This document shows, one piece after another, positions 28,621 through 39,086 of a stretch of DNA of 64,000 nucleotides. Location of the stretch: contig DASRDP010000150.1 of NCBI GenBank assembly GCA_035652535.1, positions 5,265 through 69,264 of the forward strand, given 5' to 3'. Under the pieces are notes generated by a model that saw only the letters and a program-made list of their open reading frames with translations, was not told the origin of the DNA and did not search any database. Position 1 is the first letter of the stretch. Every line of letters begins with the position of its first letter. The position numbers and the translations under genes were made by a program. Source of the DNA: Chloroflexota bacterium (GTDB lineage Bacteria > Chloroflexota > UBA6077 > SHYK01).

Positions 28621-30411
28621 GTGTCAGTAGTGGTCAACAACGTCACGTTCAAGATGGGTGGCGAGGCGGGCCAGGGCGTCGAATCCAGCGGCGCCGGGTT
28701 CACCAAAGCTATCTCCCGCGCGGGCGTGTTCGTCTACGGACTGCAGGACTATATGTCGCGAATCCGGGGCGGCCACAACTTCTTTCAGATCCGCGTGAGC
28801 GACCGTGACATACAGGCCACCGAATCTGCGGTCCACGTGCTCATGCCCCTCGACGCTGACACCGTACGTGAGCACCTCCACGAAGTCGTTCCCGGTGGCG
28901 CCATCATCATGGATGCGCCGTTGAAGGTGGAGGACGCGCAGATCGCCGACCGTGGCGTCAAGCCGATCCGGCTCCCGCTCACGGAGATCGCTCAGCGCGA
29001 GGGGGGCGACCGAGGCATCCCGCTGACGACGGCGAAGCTCATGATGAACACGGCATCCATCGGCGTGGCGGCCGGAATCACGGAGCTGCCGTTCGAATAC
29101 ATCGAACAGGTCATCGTGGAGAACTTCGGGGGCAAGAAGGGCTCCAAGATCGCCGATGCGAACGTAGCCGTGGCGCGGGCCGCGTATGACGAGGCGCTCC
29201 GCGAGTTTGCGAGCGACTTCAGCTACAAGATTCAGCCGATCGTCGCAAACCCACGGATGGTTCTCAATGGAAACCAGGCGATCGCGTTTGGCGCTGCCGC
29301 GGCGGGGTGCCGATGGATCTCGATGTATCCCATGACGCCCGCCACCTCCATCACGGAGTGGCTCGCCTCCCACAGCCGGAAGCTCGGCATCGTGGTGAAG
29401 CAATGCGAGGACGAGATCACAGCGATTCTCATGGCGATCGGCGCCGCCCACACCGGCGTTCGCGCGATGACCGCGACGTCCGGGGGCGGCTTCTCCCTCA
29501 TGGTAGAGGCGGTTGGTCTCGCGGCCATGACCGAGACCCCGCTGGTCGTAGCCATTGCCCAGCGCGGCGGCCCGTCCACGGGTCTTCCGACGAGGACGGA
29601 GCAGGCGGACCTCCAGTTCGTCCTACACTGTTCGCAGGGCGAATTTCCACGGGTCGTCCTCACGCCTGGCACCATCGAGGAGTGCTTTATCGCGGGTTAC
29701 CGCGCCTTTAATTTCGCCGAGAAGTACCAGTGCCCGGTCTTCATCCTGACCGACATGAACCAGTCGACCGCGGTGCGCGCAATCGACCCGGAACGGATCA
29801 ATTTAGACGCGGTGACGATTGACCGGGGCGAGCTGCTCACCGACGCGGATCTCGACGCCCTGACCGAGCCATACCTGCGGCACAAGTTAACCGAGTCGGG
29901 CGTCTCGCCGCGCGCGGTGCCGGGCCACAAAAATGCCATCGTCCTCACCACGAGTGACGAGCACTATGAGAACGGCCAGGCGGTAGAAGAAGCGGAGATG
30001 CGCAGGCTCCAGATGGACAAACGGATGCGCAAGCTCGATCTCGCCGCCCACGACATCCGGGATCCGCTGCTCGAAGGCCCGGAGTCCGCGGACCTCACCC
30101 TGGTCGGGTGGGGCTCGACCTACGGTCCGATCCACGAGGCGCGTCTCCTCCTCGAGAAGGACGGGTTGAGTGTCAACCACCTGCACTTCCACGAGGTTTG
30201 GCCGCTTCCCGTGCGGCGCGTAGAGCAGGTGCTGAAGAATGCGCGGCGATCGGTATGCGTGGAGAACAACTTCACCGGACAGCTGGCATTGGTCATTCGC
30301 ATGATGACGGGGATCGAGATTCCCCACAAGGTTTTGAAGTATGACGGCCGGCCCTTTACCGGCGATGAGGTAGCGCAGAAGGTGCGCGAGGGAGTATTGG
30401 CGCATGTCTGA
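28621..30411 (+). CDS. korA: 2-oxoacid:ferredoxin oxidoreductase alpha subunit (fused gamma+alpha)
   Basis: ~596 aa with N-terminal gamma-like and pyrimidine-binding domains (GIPLTTAKLMMNTASIGVAAG ... YPMTPATSI). Confidence 0.85.
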   Translation: MSVVVNNVTFKMGGEAGQGVESSGAGFTKAISRAGVFVYGLQDYMSRIRGGHNFFQIRVSDRDIQATESAVHVLMPLDADTVREHLHEVVPGGAIIMDAPLKVEDAQIADRGVKPIRLPLTEIAQREGGDRGIPLTTAKLMMNTASIGVAAGITELPFEYIEQVIVENFGGKKGSKIADANVAVARAAYDEALREFASDFSYKIQPIVANPRMVLNGNQAIAFGAAAAGCRWISMYPMTPATSITEWLASHSRKLGIVVKQCEDEITAILMAIGAAHTGVRAMTATSGGGFSLMVEAVGLAAMTETPLVVAIAQRGGPSTGLPTRTEQADLQFVLHCSQGEFPRVVLTPGTIEECFIAGYRAFNFAEKYQCPVFILTDMNQSTAVRAIDPERINLDAVTIDRGELLTDADLDALTEPYLRHKLTESGVSPRAVPGHKNAIVLTTSDEHYENGQAVEEAEMRRLQMDKRMRKLDLAAHDIRDPLLEGPESADLTLVGWGSTYGPIHEARLLLEKDGLSVNHLHFHEVWPLPVRRVEQVLKNARRSVCVENNFTGQLALVIRMMTGIEIPHKVLKYDGRPFTGDEVAQKVREGVLAHV

Positions 30412-31294
30412 GGTCGTAGACGTCAAGGTTGACGCGAAGGCCTATCGAAGCGAGGAGAAGCCCACCTGGTGCCCGGGATGTGGAGACTTCGGGATTCTCG
30501 CCTCGCTGACCCAAGCGCTCGTCGGTCTGAATCTCTTTCCGCACCAGGTGCTGCTGGTCTCGGGGATCGGGTGCGGCAGCAAAGTCCCGTACTACATGCG
30601 CGCCAATGGATACGACTCGTTGCACGGGCGAGCGTTGCCAGTCGCGACCGGTGCGAAGCTGGGGAACCATGACCTGAAAGTTGTGGTGATCAGCGGCGAC
30701 GGTGACGGATACGGGATCGGCGGCAATCACTTTGTCCACACCATGCGCCGAAATCCAGATCTGACCCACATCGTCGAGAACAACCAGGTCTACGGGCTCA
30801 CGAAGGGACAATATTCGCCGACGAGCCCCAAGGGTTATATCGGGGGTACGTCACCCGAAGGCGCCATCGAAGTGCAGACGAACCCAATCGCGCTCGCTGT
30901 CGCAGGGGGCGCGACGTTCGTGGCGCGCGGATTCGCTGGCGACCCCAAGCACCTGACCCAGACGATCATGAAGGCGCTGAGGCACAAGGGCTACTCGCTG
31001 GTCGACATCCTGCAGCCCTGCGTGACGTACAACAAGATCAACACGTACGACTGGTACAAGGAGCGGGTGTACAAGCTCGACGACGAGCCGGGGTACGACC
31101 CATCCAATTACGGCGCCGCGTGGGAGAAGGCAAAGGAGTGGGAAGAGCGCATTCCCATCGGGGTAATCTACCAGGAAGAAGGGCGCCCCACATACGAGGA
31201 ACAGGTGTCGCAGCTCCGCGAACGTCCCCTGAACCGCCAATCGGTCCACCAGGACCGCGACGTGCTGGAATCCATTAAGCGCGAATTCTTGTAA
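30404..31294 (+). CDS. korB: 2-oxoacid:ferredoxin oxidoreductase beta subunit (TPP-binding)
   Basis: WCPGCGDFGIL and GIGCGSK TPP-binding motifs. Overlaps the korA stop. Confidence 0.88.
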   Translation: MSEVVDVKVDAKAYRSEEKPTWCPGCGDFGILASLTQALVGLNLFPHQVLLVSGIGCGSKVPYYMRANGYDSLHGRALPVATGAKLGNHDLKVVVISGDGDGYGIGGNHFVHTMRRNPDLTHIVENNQVYGLTKGQYSPTSPKGYIGGTSPEGAIEVQTNPIALAVAGGATFVARGFAGDPKHLTQTIMKALRHKGYSLVDILQPCVTYNKINTYDWYKERVYKLDDEPGYDPSNYGAAWEKAKEWEERIPIGVIYQEEGRPTYEEQVSQLRERPLNRQSVHQDRDVLESIKREFL

Positions 31295-31302
31295 ATCGAA
31301 CG

Positions 31303-32454
31303 ATGGGGGAAACGGATCGGAGGGCGTCCTGGGACGATGCCCGCATGCGGAAGGACCGGCTGGCGCTGCTCCAGTCCGAAATGAAGCGGAGGAGCGTCGG
31401 GGCCCTCTATATCGGCAGTGGCGTCACGCTTCGCTACGTGCTCAACCAGAAGGTGCCCGGGTCGCAGGTGTTCGTCCCCGCAAGCGGAGAGGCGATCGTG
31501 TTCGTGCGTCCCCGAGACGCGGGGTACGTCTCCCGAATCGGCGTACCGATGCGCAAGCCCCTCGGCCGCGGCTCCGAGGCGCTCGACGACGGCCGCGAAG
31601 CCCTCGTCGGCGGACTGAAGGATCTCATGCGCGAGCACGGGGTGGGCGGCGAGCGGCTTGGAATTGACGGGCTCGAAACTGGCGCGGTGCTTGATCTCGT
31701 CCACGGCGGCTTTGATCTCGTGGACGCCGAGCCAATAATCGAGCGTGCCTGGACGGTGAAGACGCCTGACGAGGTCGCGATCTATCGAGCCGTCGGAGCC
31801 CAGTACGTCACGACCTTCAACTCCTTCCGAAACGCGATTCGACCAGGGGTGACAGAGCGGATGCTGGCCCACGTCGTGACCTCGACCTGGGAGGAGCTCG
31901 AGGGTGAGGACATCGCGCAGCTCAACGTGTGCGCGGGCGAGAATATGAATCCCTGGAGCAGATGGCCCACCAACCGGGTGCTGAAGGATGGGGACTTTGT
32001 CGGCATCGACCTGCACGCACGAGGTCCGGGTGGCATGCGAGGGGACGAATCAACGACATTTTTCGTGGGCGACCACCCATCGGCCGAGCAGCGCGACCTA
32101 TACCGGCGCGCATCCGACTATCTCGAGGCAACACTCCCCATCTGGAAGGCTGGCCGCACCATTGCCGATGTCATGGCAGATGTGCCGGAGGTCCCGGACC
32201 GATTCCGGGAGAAGCTCTGGGACCTCAACTACGCTCATGGCTGCGGTCTTGGGTCCTCCGGGTATCCGCACGTGAATCCGCGCGAGACGCCGATCGATGA
32301 CGTACTCCGAGAGAACCAAGTGCTCTCCATCGAAGTCTATTTTGGCGAGGAAGGTAGCACCCAGGCGGTGAAGCTCGAGCAGATGCTGCTGGTCCACGAA
32401 GATAGCCCAGAACTTCTCGGACCCATCCCCATGGATCGCCGCCTCATCAGCTAG
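31303..32454 (+). CDS. M24-family metallopeptidase (Xaa-Pro aminopeptidase / creatinase-like)
   Basis: Creatinase N-terminal domain and pita-bread fold (DFVGIDLHARGPGGMRGDESTTF...HGCGLG). Confidence 0.8.
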   Translation: MGETDRRASWDDARMRKDRLALLQSEMKRRSVGALYIGSGVTLRYVLNQKVPGSQVFVPASGEAIVFVRPRDAGYVSRIGVPMRKPLGRGSEALDDGREALVGGLKDLMREHGVGGERLGIDGLETGAVLDLVHGGFDLVDAEPIIERAWTVKTPDEVAIYRAVGAQYVTTFNSFRNAIRPGVTERMLAHVVTSTWEELEGEDIAQLNVCAGENMNPWSRWPTNRVLKDGDFVGIDLHARGPGGMRGDESTTFFVGDHPSAEQRDLYRRASDYLEATLPIWKAGRTIADVMADVPEVPDRFREKLWDLNYAHGCGLGSSGYPHVNPRETPIDDVLRENQVLSIEVYFGEEGSTQAVKLEQMLLVHEDSPELLGPIPMDRRLIS

Positions 32455-32519
32455 CGCGCGTCCACCGCGCGTGGCGGTGGCCACGCTTGCGGACACCAGC
32501 GTCCAGACGATGTCGCCCC

Positions 32520-33500
32520 TCAGGCCACTTTCATCCGGCTGTAGACGCGCTTGGGATTCGTGTTGAAGATCTTGACCTTATCCTCGACGGAAAAGTCCTT
32601 GAGCCCATCGATGAGTCCGACTACGTCCACCCGCAGCGCCGCGCCGATCTCCGTACCAAATACCATCGAGTCGATCCCGTGTTGTTTGACAGCCGTATCC
32701 ATGAAGGAGCCGTCGTACACGCACGTATCGAAAAAGAGGTTGTTGAAGTACTTTTCGCGGACCTCTTCGCGTGGCGGGTGGCCGTCCCGAATATCGGAAT
32801 TGAAGTGTCGACTGAGGCCGCCGCCGGCGTGGCAGATCACAACCTTGAGGCGGGGGAACACCTGGAACACGTCCGTCGCGATATAGAGGAGCGTGGCAAG
32901 GTACTCCTCCCAGACGTTGTTGATCTGGTAGTTGTGGGGGATCGCTCGGACCCGTCGGTCTTTGGTGATGGACGGGTGCACCAGCAACGGGACGTCAAGC
33001 TCCTGCGCCTTCTCGTACAGTGGGTACCAGTACTTCTCGTTCACGCCCGGCACGTCGCGCATCCCACTCGGGTCCGGATTGAGGAGCGCGCCCACCATGC
33101 CGAGATCCTTCACCGCGCGCTCCAGCTCTTCGACCAAAAACGACGTGTCCGGATGCTCGTTGGACTGGGGCAACTGGGCGATGCCACCAAATCGGTCGGG
33201 GAAGAGCTTCACGCTTTGCGCAATGACGTCGTTGGTCACACGGCACCATTGCTCCTGGATGTGAGGGGATTCCCAATGAAGCATGGCGACCGGTCGCGGG
33301 CTCACCAGTTGATAGTCGATGTTTCGCTTGTCGAGGGCCTCGATGTGCTCGAGGAGGGACTCCCGTAGCTCGTCGTCCGACAGGTTGTACTGTTGACGGC
33401 CCGGACTCCGAAGGGACATCAGCGTCATGGCAAAGTTTCGAAAGCTGTCCGGCGTGGTCATATGGCCGTGGACGTCGATAACCTTCTGTCCCTGATACAT
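32520..33500 (-). CDS. Amidohydrolase_2 (ACMSD-like metal-dependent hydrolase/decarboxylase)
   Basis: VIDVHGH metal-binding start and TIM-barrel amidohydrolase_2 motifs (HPS...CHAGGG). Confidence 0.75.
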   Translation of the reverse strand: MYQGQKVIDVHGHMTTPDSFRNFAMTLMSLRSPGRQQYNLSDDELRESLLEHIEALDKRNIDYQLVSPRPVAMLHWESPHIQEQWCRVTNDVIAQSVKLFPDRFGGIAQLPQSNEHPDTSFLVEELERAVKDLGMVGALLNPDPSGMRDVPGVNEKYWYPLYEKAQELDVPLLVHPSITKDRRVRAIPHNYQINNVWEEYLATLLYIATDVFQVFPRLKVVICHAGGGLSRHFNSDIRDGHPPREEVREKYFNNLFFDTCVYDGSFMDTAVKQHGIDSMVFGTEIGAALRVDVVGLIDGLKDFSVEDKVKIFNTNPKRVYSRMKVA

Positions 33501-33617
33501 TCGCTCTCCGCATCATGTGGGATTGATGGCGCGCAGCGCGGGCGGTCTGCCGCGATTGGGCAGTCGCCGCCGTGGCTGTCGGTGGCTCGCGGGCACATCA
33601 TAGCCGACCTGTCCGCT

Positions 33618-33727
33618 GTGCGCTACGCGCGCACACCCGACGGACGCGTCGCGGCCCGCGAAGGGCAGTCGGGTCGGAGGGGGCCGAGGCCGTGCGCTAC
33701 GCGCGCACACCCGACGGACGCGTCGCG
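33618..33727. repeat. Two copies of an exact 36-bp direct repeat separated by a 38-bp unique spacer, in an intergenic region
   Basis: GTGCGCTACGCGCGCACACCCGACGGACGCGTCGCG occurs at 33618-33653 and again at 33692-33727. The repeat contains an internal palindrome GTGCGC...GCGCAC. Confidence 0.7.
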
Positions 33728-33758
33728 CGGCTGGCAGGCACATGCAGGGTGGTCGGAT

Positions 33759-34235
33759 TCACCCCCCGCCGCTGAGGCCGCCGAGAAATGCCCCAGCTCC
33801 CGCGAGACAGAACGAGTAGAAAAAGACTGCGACGTCTACGACGGCGACAAAGAGCAGCGTGGCCGAGTCTTTGCCGATCGTTCCGATGACCATCAGGATC
33901 CCCGCGACGATCCAGGCGATGATCGCCTCCCCGACGGCGAGGGTCAACGCGATCGAGGCGATGTGCTTACCGCGCGCGTGAACGCGTGTCGCGGCGAAAA
34001 ACCCGCCGATGCCGGGCCCCAATGGGCCGCTGACGAAGTGAATCCCCGGAGGGATCAGACAGAGGATCGCGATACCGACCCCGAGAAGACCGGACCTGAT
34101 GTCGCGCCGAATCGATGGCGCGGGCGCCTCGGGCGGGCGCGCGTCTGGAGCGTCGGTCGTCGCTGTTTCGTTCACCGTGAGCACCCCCAGTGCGATGAGT
34201 CGGACCACATCTCCTGACGGTCTGGCGAAGGCCAC
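33759..34235 (-). CDS. Small membrane protein, DUF456-like
   Basis: Four predicted TM helices with GPLGPGIGGFF and LTLAVGEAIIAWIVAGILMVIG. The start is uncertain. Confidence 0.5.
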   Translation of the reverse strand: MAFARPSGDVVRLIALGVLTVNETATTDAPDARPPEAPAPSIRRDIRSGLLGVGIAILCLIPPGIHFVSGPLGPGIGGFFAATRVHARGKHIASIALTLAVGEAIIAWIVAGILMVIGTIGKDSATLLFVAVVDVAVFFYSFCLAGAGAFLGGLSGGG

Positions 34236-34258
34236 TGGGCGAGCGATGCTCGGCGGTG

Positions 34259-35473
34259 CTACTCCGTCTCGATGGGCCCCGTCAGGACGGCGTCTAGCGG
34301 CTCGCCCGCCCGCACCAGGCCGTCCCCCGGCTCGAGGATCACCATGGCGTTATGGCCCACCATGGACAGCAGGCGACTCGAGATCTGTGAGCCGGTGCTG
34401 CGGGCGAAGAGTTGGCCGTCTCTCCAGCGAACGATCGCCCGGTGATATTCCAGGCGGTCGCCACCGCGGCGAAAGTCGTGCTCCGCGATTACTTGGATGC
34501 GCGGGCGCATTGGGTGTGGATCGCCCTGCATCCGCCGAAGCGCTGGCCGCACGAACACTTCAAATGTGACGAGGGATGAAACCGGGTTGCCCGGTAGGCC
34601 GAAGGCGAGCTTATCGCCCACCTCCGCGAACGTGAGCGGCATGCCCGGGCGAAAGGCAATTCGGCCGAAGTGCACTTTCCCGATCTGCTCGAGCGCCGGC
34701 TTGATGAAGTCTCGGTCCCCGACAGATACCCCGCCGGACGTCACCAAAACGTCCGCCTGGGCGATTCCGTCCCGCACCTTCGTCGCCTGAAGGTCTCGGT
34801 CGTCCTTCACGTGTCCCAGCGAGACGGGAATGCCCCCAGCCTCAGAGATCGCGGCCATGATGGCGAATCGATTGCTGTCGCGGATCGAGCCCGTTGGCAC
34901 CAACTCCCACGGCTCCACGAGCTCGTCGCCCGTCGAAAGCACGGCCACCGTCGGCCGGCGATAGCAGGAAACCTCCGTGCAGCCGAGGGTCATGAGCAGG
35001 CCGATCTCAGCAGGCCCAATGATGGCGCCACGGCTGAGCATAACGTCGCCCTTGCCCACGTCGATGCCGATGCCCCGAACGTTCTCGTTCGCGCGGACGG
35101 GCCGTTCGAGGCGCACCGTGCCGTTCTCGAATCGCGTGTATTCGATCATGGCCACCGCGTCCGCGCCGTCGGGGATAGGCGCGCCAGTCATGATTTTGGC
35201 AGCTGTGCCCGGTTCGACCCGCGGCTCGGCCACCACGCCAGCCGTGATCTCGTGAATCACGCGTCGAACCGGCGCCGGATCCGCGGCGATGACAGCGAAC
35301 CCGTCCACGGTTGAGGCGCGAAAGGGGGGTACGTCTTCGGGTGACACGACGTCTTCGCCGAGCACGCGGCCGATGGCATCTGCCGTTCTGACTGGCTCAG
35401 TTGCAAGGGGCCGAGCGACGGAATTGACGATCGCGAGCGCTTCGTCGACGGGAACCAGTTCGTATTGGCTCAT
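34259..35473 (-). CDS. moeA: Molybdopterin molybdotransferase MoeA
   Basis: MoeA N-terminal, MoCF-biosynthesis (TSGGVSVGDRD) and C-terminal domains. Confidence 0.88.
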   Translation of the reverse strand: MSQYELVPVDEALAIVNSVARPLATEPVRTADAIGRVLGEDVVSPEDVPPFRASTVDGFAVIAADPAPVRRVIHEITAGVVAEPRVEPGTAAKIMTGAPIPDGADAVAMIEYTRFENGTVRLERPVRANENVRGIGIDVGKGDVMLSRGAIIGPAEIGLLMTLGCTEVSCYRRPTVAVLSTGDELVEPWELVPTGSIRDSNRFAIMAAISEAGGIPVSLGHVKDDRDLQATKVRDGIAQADVLVTSGGVSVGDRDFIKPALEQIGKVHFGRIAFRPGMPLTFAEVGDKLAFGLPGNPVSSLVTFEVFVRPALRRMQGDPHPMRPRIQVIAEHDFRRGGDRLEYHRAIVRWRDGQLFARSTGSQISSRLLSMVGHNAMVILEPGDGLVRAGEPLDAVLTGPIETE

Positions 35474-35502
35474 GGAGCTCTTCCCCGTGAGGAGATGCTC
35501 GG

Positions 35503-36690
35503 TTACCGGTGGACCGCGTACAGGTCGAGGATCGCGGGCTCGAGGTTGTCGCCCGCAACCTTCTTAATGGCCTCGAAGGCGTCGAGGTCCCACTCGCTGA
35601 CGAACGTGATCGCCGTGCCGTGGCGCCCCATTCGCGCCGTGCGACCGATACGATGGACGTACGTCTCCGCGTCTTCAGGAATATCGTAGTTGATCACGTG
35701 CGACACGTGGAGGATGTCGAGACCCCGGGAGGCGAGGTTGGTGGCCACGAGAAAGTGCACCTTGCCGGCGCGAAAGTCTTGGAGCGTGCGCTCGCGCTCC
35801 GCCTGACTCAGGCTGCCGTGAATGGCTCGGACCGGGAGACGGCGCCGCTGCATCTCGCGGGCGACTCGATCAACCGCGACCTGGGTGTGGCAAAAAATTA
35901 TGGCGCTCCGCGGCTCTTCGCGCTCGATGACCTCGAACAACGCCGCCATCTTGTCGCGGTTTGCCACCTCGTAGCAGAGCTGTCGAACGGTGGCGACAGT
36001 TCTCTCCTCCGGAGCGATGGTGACGTGCTGGGGATCGCGCATGTAGCGCGCGGCGAGGCGCCGAACGAGGGTCGTGATGGTCGCGGAGAAGAGCCCGGTC
36101 TGACGGGCGCGGGGTGTCGCGCGGATGATCTGCTCAACGTCCGGCAGGAATCCCATGTCCAGCATGCGGTCCGCCTCGTCGAGCACGAGTACGGAGACCG
36201 AAGCCAGTCTCAGGTGGCCGCGGCGCATGAGATCGAGAATCCGCCCGGGCGTACCGACGACGATCGACGCATGCGGGATGGCATCGATCTGCGCCTTCAT
36301 CGATGATCCCCCGTACACAGCGCAGATGCCGACGTCCCGATACTTCGCGAGCCGGGTTAGCTCTGCGACAATTTGTGTGGCCAGCTCGCGAGTTGGCGCC
36401 AGGATCAGCGCTTGAACGCCCGGCGCCGACGGGCTGATTGCCTCGACGATGGGGATGCCAAACGCCGCCGTTTTTCCGGTGCCCGTCTGGGCCTGAGCGA
36501 TGAGATCCTGGCCGGCGCGGAATATGGGAATCGCGGCCTGCTGAACAGGGGTGGGCTCTTCGTAGCCAATCTCCTGGATCGCGCGTGCAATTTCGGGGTT
36601 GAGGTCAAACGCCTCGAATCCCACCGGGATTGTTTCAACCAATCTGACAAAGCCTCCCACGAAGCGCGCAGTGGGCAAAAGAAAAGGCAC
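35503..36690 (-). CDS. DEAD-box ATP-dependent RNA helicase
   Basis: Q-motif, AQTGTGKT (motif I), VLDEADRMLDMGF (DEAD), SAT and HRIGRTAR. The N-terminal start is uncertain. Confidence 0.88.
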   Translation of the reverse strand: MPFLLPTARFVGGFVRLVETIPVGFEAFDLNPEIARAIQEIGYEEPTPVQQAAIPIFRAGQDLIAQAQTGTGKTAAFGIPIVEAISPSAPGVQALILAPTRELATQIVAELTRLAKYRDVGICAVYGGSSMKAQIDAIPHASIVVGTPGRILDLMRRGHLRLASVSVLVLDEADRMLDMGFLPDVEQIIRATPRARQTGLFSATITTLVRRLAARYMRDPQHVTIAPEERTVATVRQLCYEVANRDKMAALFEVIEREEPRSAIIFCHTQVAVDRVAREMQRRRLPVRAIHGSLSQAERERTLQDFRAGKVHFLVATNLASRGLDILHVSHVINYDIPEDAETYVHRIGRTARMGRHGTAITFVSEWDLDAFEAIKKVAGDNLEPAILDLYAVHR

Positions 36691-36746
36691 CCCACCCCCG
36701 GTGGAGTGCCTTTGCAGTGCGGACCTTGTGCGTCATTCAGCCATTA

Positions 36747-37562
36747 TTATACGCGAATTGTCTCCCGTGTCCCGGTTGGCGCGCTGACGCGCGCGTCGCG
36801 GCACAACGCCTCGAGAATCTCTCGAACTGGCATCGAGATGCACGTAAACATCGGCGTGTCCCGCAGCGTGTAGGCGCTGGATTCGGTCTCGCGAAGCTCT
36901 TGGACCAGATCCAGGAAGTCGGCAGGGTAGTCTGATTCGAACGCGACGACGAATTCTTGGTCATCCAGCCCAAAGGAATACGTCGTGTTGATCTTGACCG
37001 TCGGGTACTTGTGACCCATCGCGATGTGCACGGTCATGATCCGCTGACGCTCGGCCTGTGAGAGCAGGTACCAGGTGCGCGTCTTCACGAACGGATACAC
37101 GAACAGGTACTTTGCGCCACCGGGCGCGATGGTCAGCCGCGTGCCTTCCTGACCCTCGTGCGTGTGCTCTGAGACGTACATCGAGTGCTTGGTCATGGAG
37201 AGAAACGCGTGCGGTGTCTCGATGTACCGGCCGAGCTGGGAGGATGAGATGTCGGCCGCGATCTCACCGAAGTCATCCAGATTCTCGCTCACCTGCCAGA
37301 GGAGAAAATCACAGTCGGGCCGGGTGCCAATGGTCGAGTATGTGCGCAGGAGGATTCGGCCCGACCAGCCGTCGACGATGTCAGCGAACTCGGCCTTCGC
37401 CGAGGCGCGGTCCCCTGGCGAGATCCGTCGCCAGAGAGGATCGACGCGATAAAAAGCGAATCGCACGTACTGTCTGCGCTCGCGACTCATATATGCCTCG
37501 CCAGGGATGAATAGCATGTGGCGCGGTGCGACAAAACCCGCGGCGTATTGTACCATCGACAT
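36747..37562 (-). CDS. hemQ: Chlorite dismutase-family coproheme decarboxylase (HemQ/ChdC)
   Basis: Dimeric alpha+beta barrel Cld-like family (YVRFAFYRVDPLWRR...TVHIAMGHKYP). An internal methionine start is possible. Confidence 0.75.
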   Translation of the reverse strand: MSMVQYAAGFVAPRHMLFIPGEAYMSRERRQYVRFAFYRVDPLWRRISPGDRASAKAEFADIVDGWSGRILLRTYSTIGTRPDCDFLLWQVSENLDDFGEIAADISSSQLGRYIETPHAFLSMTKHSMYVSEHTHEGQEGTRLTIAPGGAKYLFVYPFVKTRTWYLLSQAERQRIMTVHIAMGHKYPTVKINTTYSFGLDDQEFVVAFESDYPADFLDLVQELRETESSAYTLRDTPMFTCISMPVREILEALCRDARVSAPTGTRETIRV

Positions 37563-37604
37563 TTTTGAGACTCCGCGCGCATATCAGCGCGGGAGGGAGA
37601 GCAC

Positions 37605-38144
37605 GTGATCGTCGAGTGGCACGGCACACGGCCGCGGGTCGCCCCGGGCGCCTTCGTCGCTCCCAACGCGACCCTCGTCGGTGACGTCACGGTCGAGGCC
37701 GGCGCAAGCATCTGGTATGGGGCGGTTCTTCGTGGGGACTTCGGCGCGATCGTCGTTCACAGCGGAGCGAACATTCAGGACAACGTGGTGGTGCACGTGG
37801 ACGCATCGCACCCAACCACCGTCGGACCCGACGCCACCGTCGGCCACGGCGCGGTGTTGGAGGCATGTGCTGTCGAGCGCGGAGCCGTCATCGGCATGAA
37901 CGCGGTGGTGATGAACGGCGCGGTCGTCGGCGAAGAGGCGATGGTGGCGGCCGGCGCGATCGTCGGGGAGGGGATGGTCGTTCCACCTCGGCACCTCGCT
38001 GCAGGCGTCCCCGCGACGGTGAAAAAGGAGCTGTCCGGCCGCTCGCTCGAGTGGGTCCGGAGGGCGGCGCCGGAGTATCGCGCGCTCGCTGAGTCCTACC
38101 TGCGCGAGGGGCTCAGTGACCGTGCCGAGCCGAGGGGCGCATAG
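37605..38144 (+). CDS. Gamma-class carbonic anhydrase-family protein (left-handed beta-helix, hexapeptide repeats)
   Basis: Hexapeptide repeats throughout (VGDVTVEAGASIWYGAVLRGD...) and a histidine zinc-ligand pattern. Confidence 0.8.
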   Translation: MIVEWHGTRPRVAPGAFVAPNATLVGDVTVEAGASIWYGAVLRGDFGAIVVHSGANIQDNVVVHVDASHPTTVGPDATVGHGAVLEACAVERGAVIGMNAVVMNGAVVGEEAMVAAGAIVGEGMVVPPRHLAAGVPATVKKELSGRSLEWVRRAAPEYRALAESYLREGLSDRAEPRGA

Positions 38145-38247
38145 CGCCGGCGTTCGTGAACGCTTCCGGCCTGATCCACCGCTTCAGCTATCCCGGATCC
38201 GCGCTACCGATCCGAGACGCTGCGCGGTCAACCCGAACAGTTCGGTC

Positions 38248-39075
38248 TCACCACGCGTCGGACAGCTCGACTGGAACCTGCGGTATCGTCCGCCCGTCGA
38301 TCTCACGGATCGTTGGCATGACCGGTGCGATCGGCTTCGTTCTGGCGAAATGCAGCACGCTCGCGACGCTCCGAAATGGTTCGAGCCGCCGAAGGTGCTG
38401 GATCGTCGCGAAGTGCAGCGCGAGCGAGCCGCGCGCGTGCAGCGCGAGCGCCGATTCCACGTCGATCCACATCCCTTCCGCCATCTCTCGCTCGCTGGGC
38501 GTGGCGAGTGTGTCCGGTGAGACAGCCGCCAGGAAGAAGCGCGTGTCGAATCGCTGGGGAACCGGTTCAGGCGTGATCCAGTGCGCGTAATACGTGAGGC
38601 ACCCGAGGTCGAGTTGGGCACCATGCTCAACCGCGATCCGGTGAAGCGGTACGCCGCGCTCGATCTCACGCCTGCGCGCGACGATCTGGGTCACTGCGGC
38701 GCTGGGGCTCCCATTGCAGGATTCCGCGCACGCGGCCGAAGGGTCGCTCGCGAGGACGATGCCCGTCTCTTCAATCACCTCGCGGAATGCTGCCACGTAA
38801 AGGGCGAAGCTCTCGGCCGGCGTGGGAGCGGGCGAATCCGGCGGTCGCGCCAGAGCCGCGTGGGCATCGTTCGGGGTGAAGCATGGGCTGACCGTCGCAT
38901 TTTCGGGGTCGCCGTCATCCGGTCGCACCGTACCGCCGGGGAATACCCAGAAATCTGCCAGCACCGGGCTTTCGGCGCTTCTCCGCAGCAAGAATGTATC
39001 CCATCGGCATCCAGCCGGGTCGGTCGGGCGAACGAGCACAACCGTAGCGGCCGGGCGTGCAGGAGCCGGCGCCAT
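38248..39075 (-). CDS. NUDIX hydrolase
   Basis: Nudix box GGTV...REVIEETG. Directly downstream of rpoD on the same strand. Confidence 0.7.
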   Translation of the reverse strand: MAPAPARPAATVVLVRPTDPAGCRWDTFLLRRSAESPVLADFWVFPGGTVRPDDGDPENATVSPCFTPNDAHAALARPPDSPAPTPAESFALYVAAFREVIEETGIVLASDPSAACAESCNGSPSAAVTQIVARRREIERGVPLHRIAVEHGAQLDLGCLTYYAHWITPEPVPQRFDTRFFLAAVSPDTLATPSEREMAEGMWIDVESALALHARGSLALHFATIQHLRRLEPFRSVASVLHFARTKPIAPVMPTIREIDGRTIPQVPVELSDAW

Positions 39076-39086
39076 GAGCGGTGGAG

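Noticed and set aside
33618-33727. Possible CRISPR array
   Set aside because: Only two repeat units and no cas genes in the window. It is reported as a repeat and a finding rather than as a CRISPR.
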